Assembly (NCBI RefSeq): GCF_006345805.1
Contig: NC_043003.1
Coordinates: 92,380,001 to 92,444,000, forward strand
DNA from: Octopus sinensis
Lineage: Eukaryota
Length of the DNA: 64,000 bases
Reading direction: 5' to 3'
This document shows positions 63,033 through 64,000 of this stretch, one piece after another. How positions within the stretch are numbered: the stretch's first letter is position 1; the number at the start of each line of letters is the position of its first letter. A program made the position numbers and the translations under genes. The notes beneath the pieces are model-generated. The model searched no databases. It was given only the letters and a program-made list of their open reading frames with translations, and had not been told where the DNA came from.

Positions 63033-64000
63033 TAATTATTATTAAGCTAAATCATTAGTTTTATGATAATACTAGACAAGAAATTCAAAGACATCATATC
63101 TTTGTTATTAGATCTCCTCAGGGAAGCATAGGCTTACCTGTGCGTACCAGATCTGAAAATGATAGACTATCAGACACATGCCTAATTACCAATGGCCTCT
63201 CTCGCATCAATACAAGGTAGACAATGCATGCTTAGATAAATAAATGAATGCGACAAACAAATCAGATTTTCTTTAAAATCTTTCATTGTTATGGAAAAAA
63301 ACCGCCAAGAGGTTTCATATATACTACATGAACTCTATTTCAATTTTATGTTGTTTTTGAAGTGCATGCTCCAGGTTATGTCACAAGTGTCGCATTCGGT
63401 ATGTACATACACACAAAGGCGGACAGTTACACATACATATACACACACACACACATACGCACAAACAAACGCTTGTATATATATTCGAAACACGCAATAA
63501 ATCGAAACAGGGGCAGCTGAAGAAGGGGAATGTTCCTTGTGTTGTATGTCTTGTACTCTGTTTTTTCGTCGTTAAAAAAATTCCGTTTCCATGTTTTGTT
63601 TTTATGTTTTCGTTTCTCGTTGTGTTCTACGTATTTTTTTGTAGTGCCCTGTACCCATATATGCATGTATATATACATATGGATGTGGGTATGTACATAT
63701 ATGTATGTATGTATGCATATGTTTTATTTATTAAATTGTTGTTATATATATATATAATATATATATATAATATATATATATATAGAACGAGAGACCCATA
63801 CGGAATCTGCACTAAGATTATGCAAATTTTATAGACATGTGCGCGCATAGATACACCAACACTTTTACACATGTACAGCCAACACACAACATACAAATAT
63901 ACATACAGGTCTGCACACACACACACACACACACAAATAGATAAATAGATAAAGACATACATACATACATACATACATACATACATACATACATGCATGC

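Overview
AT-rich, microsatellite-laden eukaryotic DNA. The repeat landscape (tRNA-derived SINE families, RTE-type tails ending in (GAT)n, mariner/maT relics) points to an octopus or other cephalopod genome; this is inference, no search was run. Most of the window is transposon debris: three SINE families, RTE-like elements, a TTAGGG-bearing MITE family (7 loci), piggyBac/hAT/Tc1-type MITEs, a Helitron-like element, a near-complete decayed DD34D mariner, an internally deleted maT-like element, a HERO-type non-LTR fragment and a decayed Penelope-like element (PLE). The PLE is flanked by inverted terminal repeats that each combine a tRNA-like head with a hammerhead-ribozyme-like core. The only convincing host coding sequence is an unidentified Gln/Pro/Tyr-rich first coding exon on the minus strand (25541-25756). 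A sharp CpG boundary near 21 kb separates a CpG-depleted left domain (probably a germline-methylated gene body) from a CpG-normal right domain. There is a 658-660 bp near-identical tandem duplication and one scaffold gap. No CRISPR array, rRNA or bona fide tRNA gene was found. Most ORF-track entries are microsatellite or SINE artefacts. Coordinates were read by hand and may be off by a few bases.
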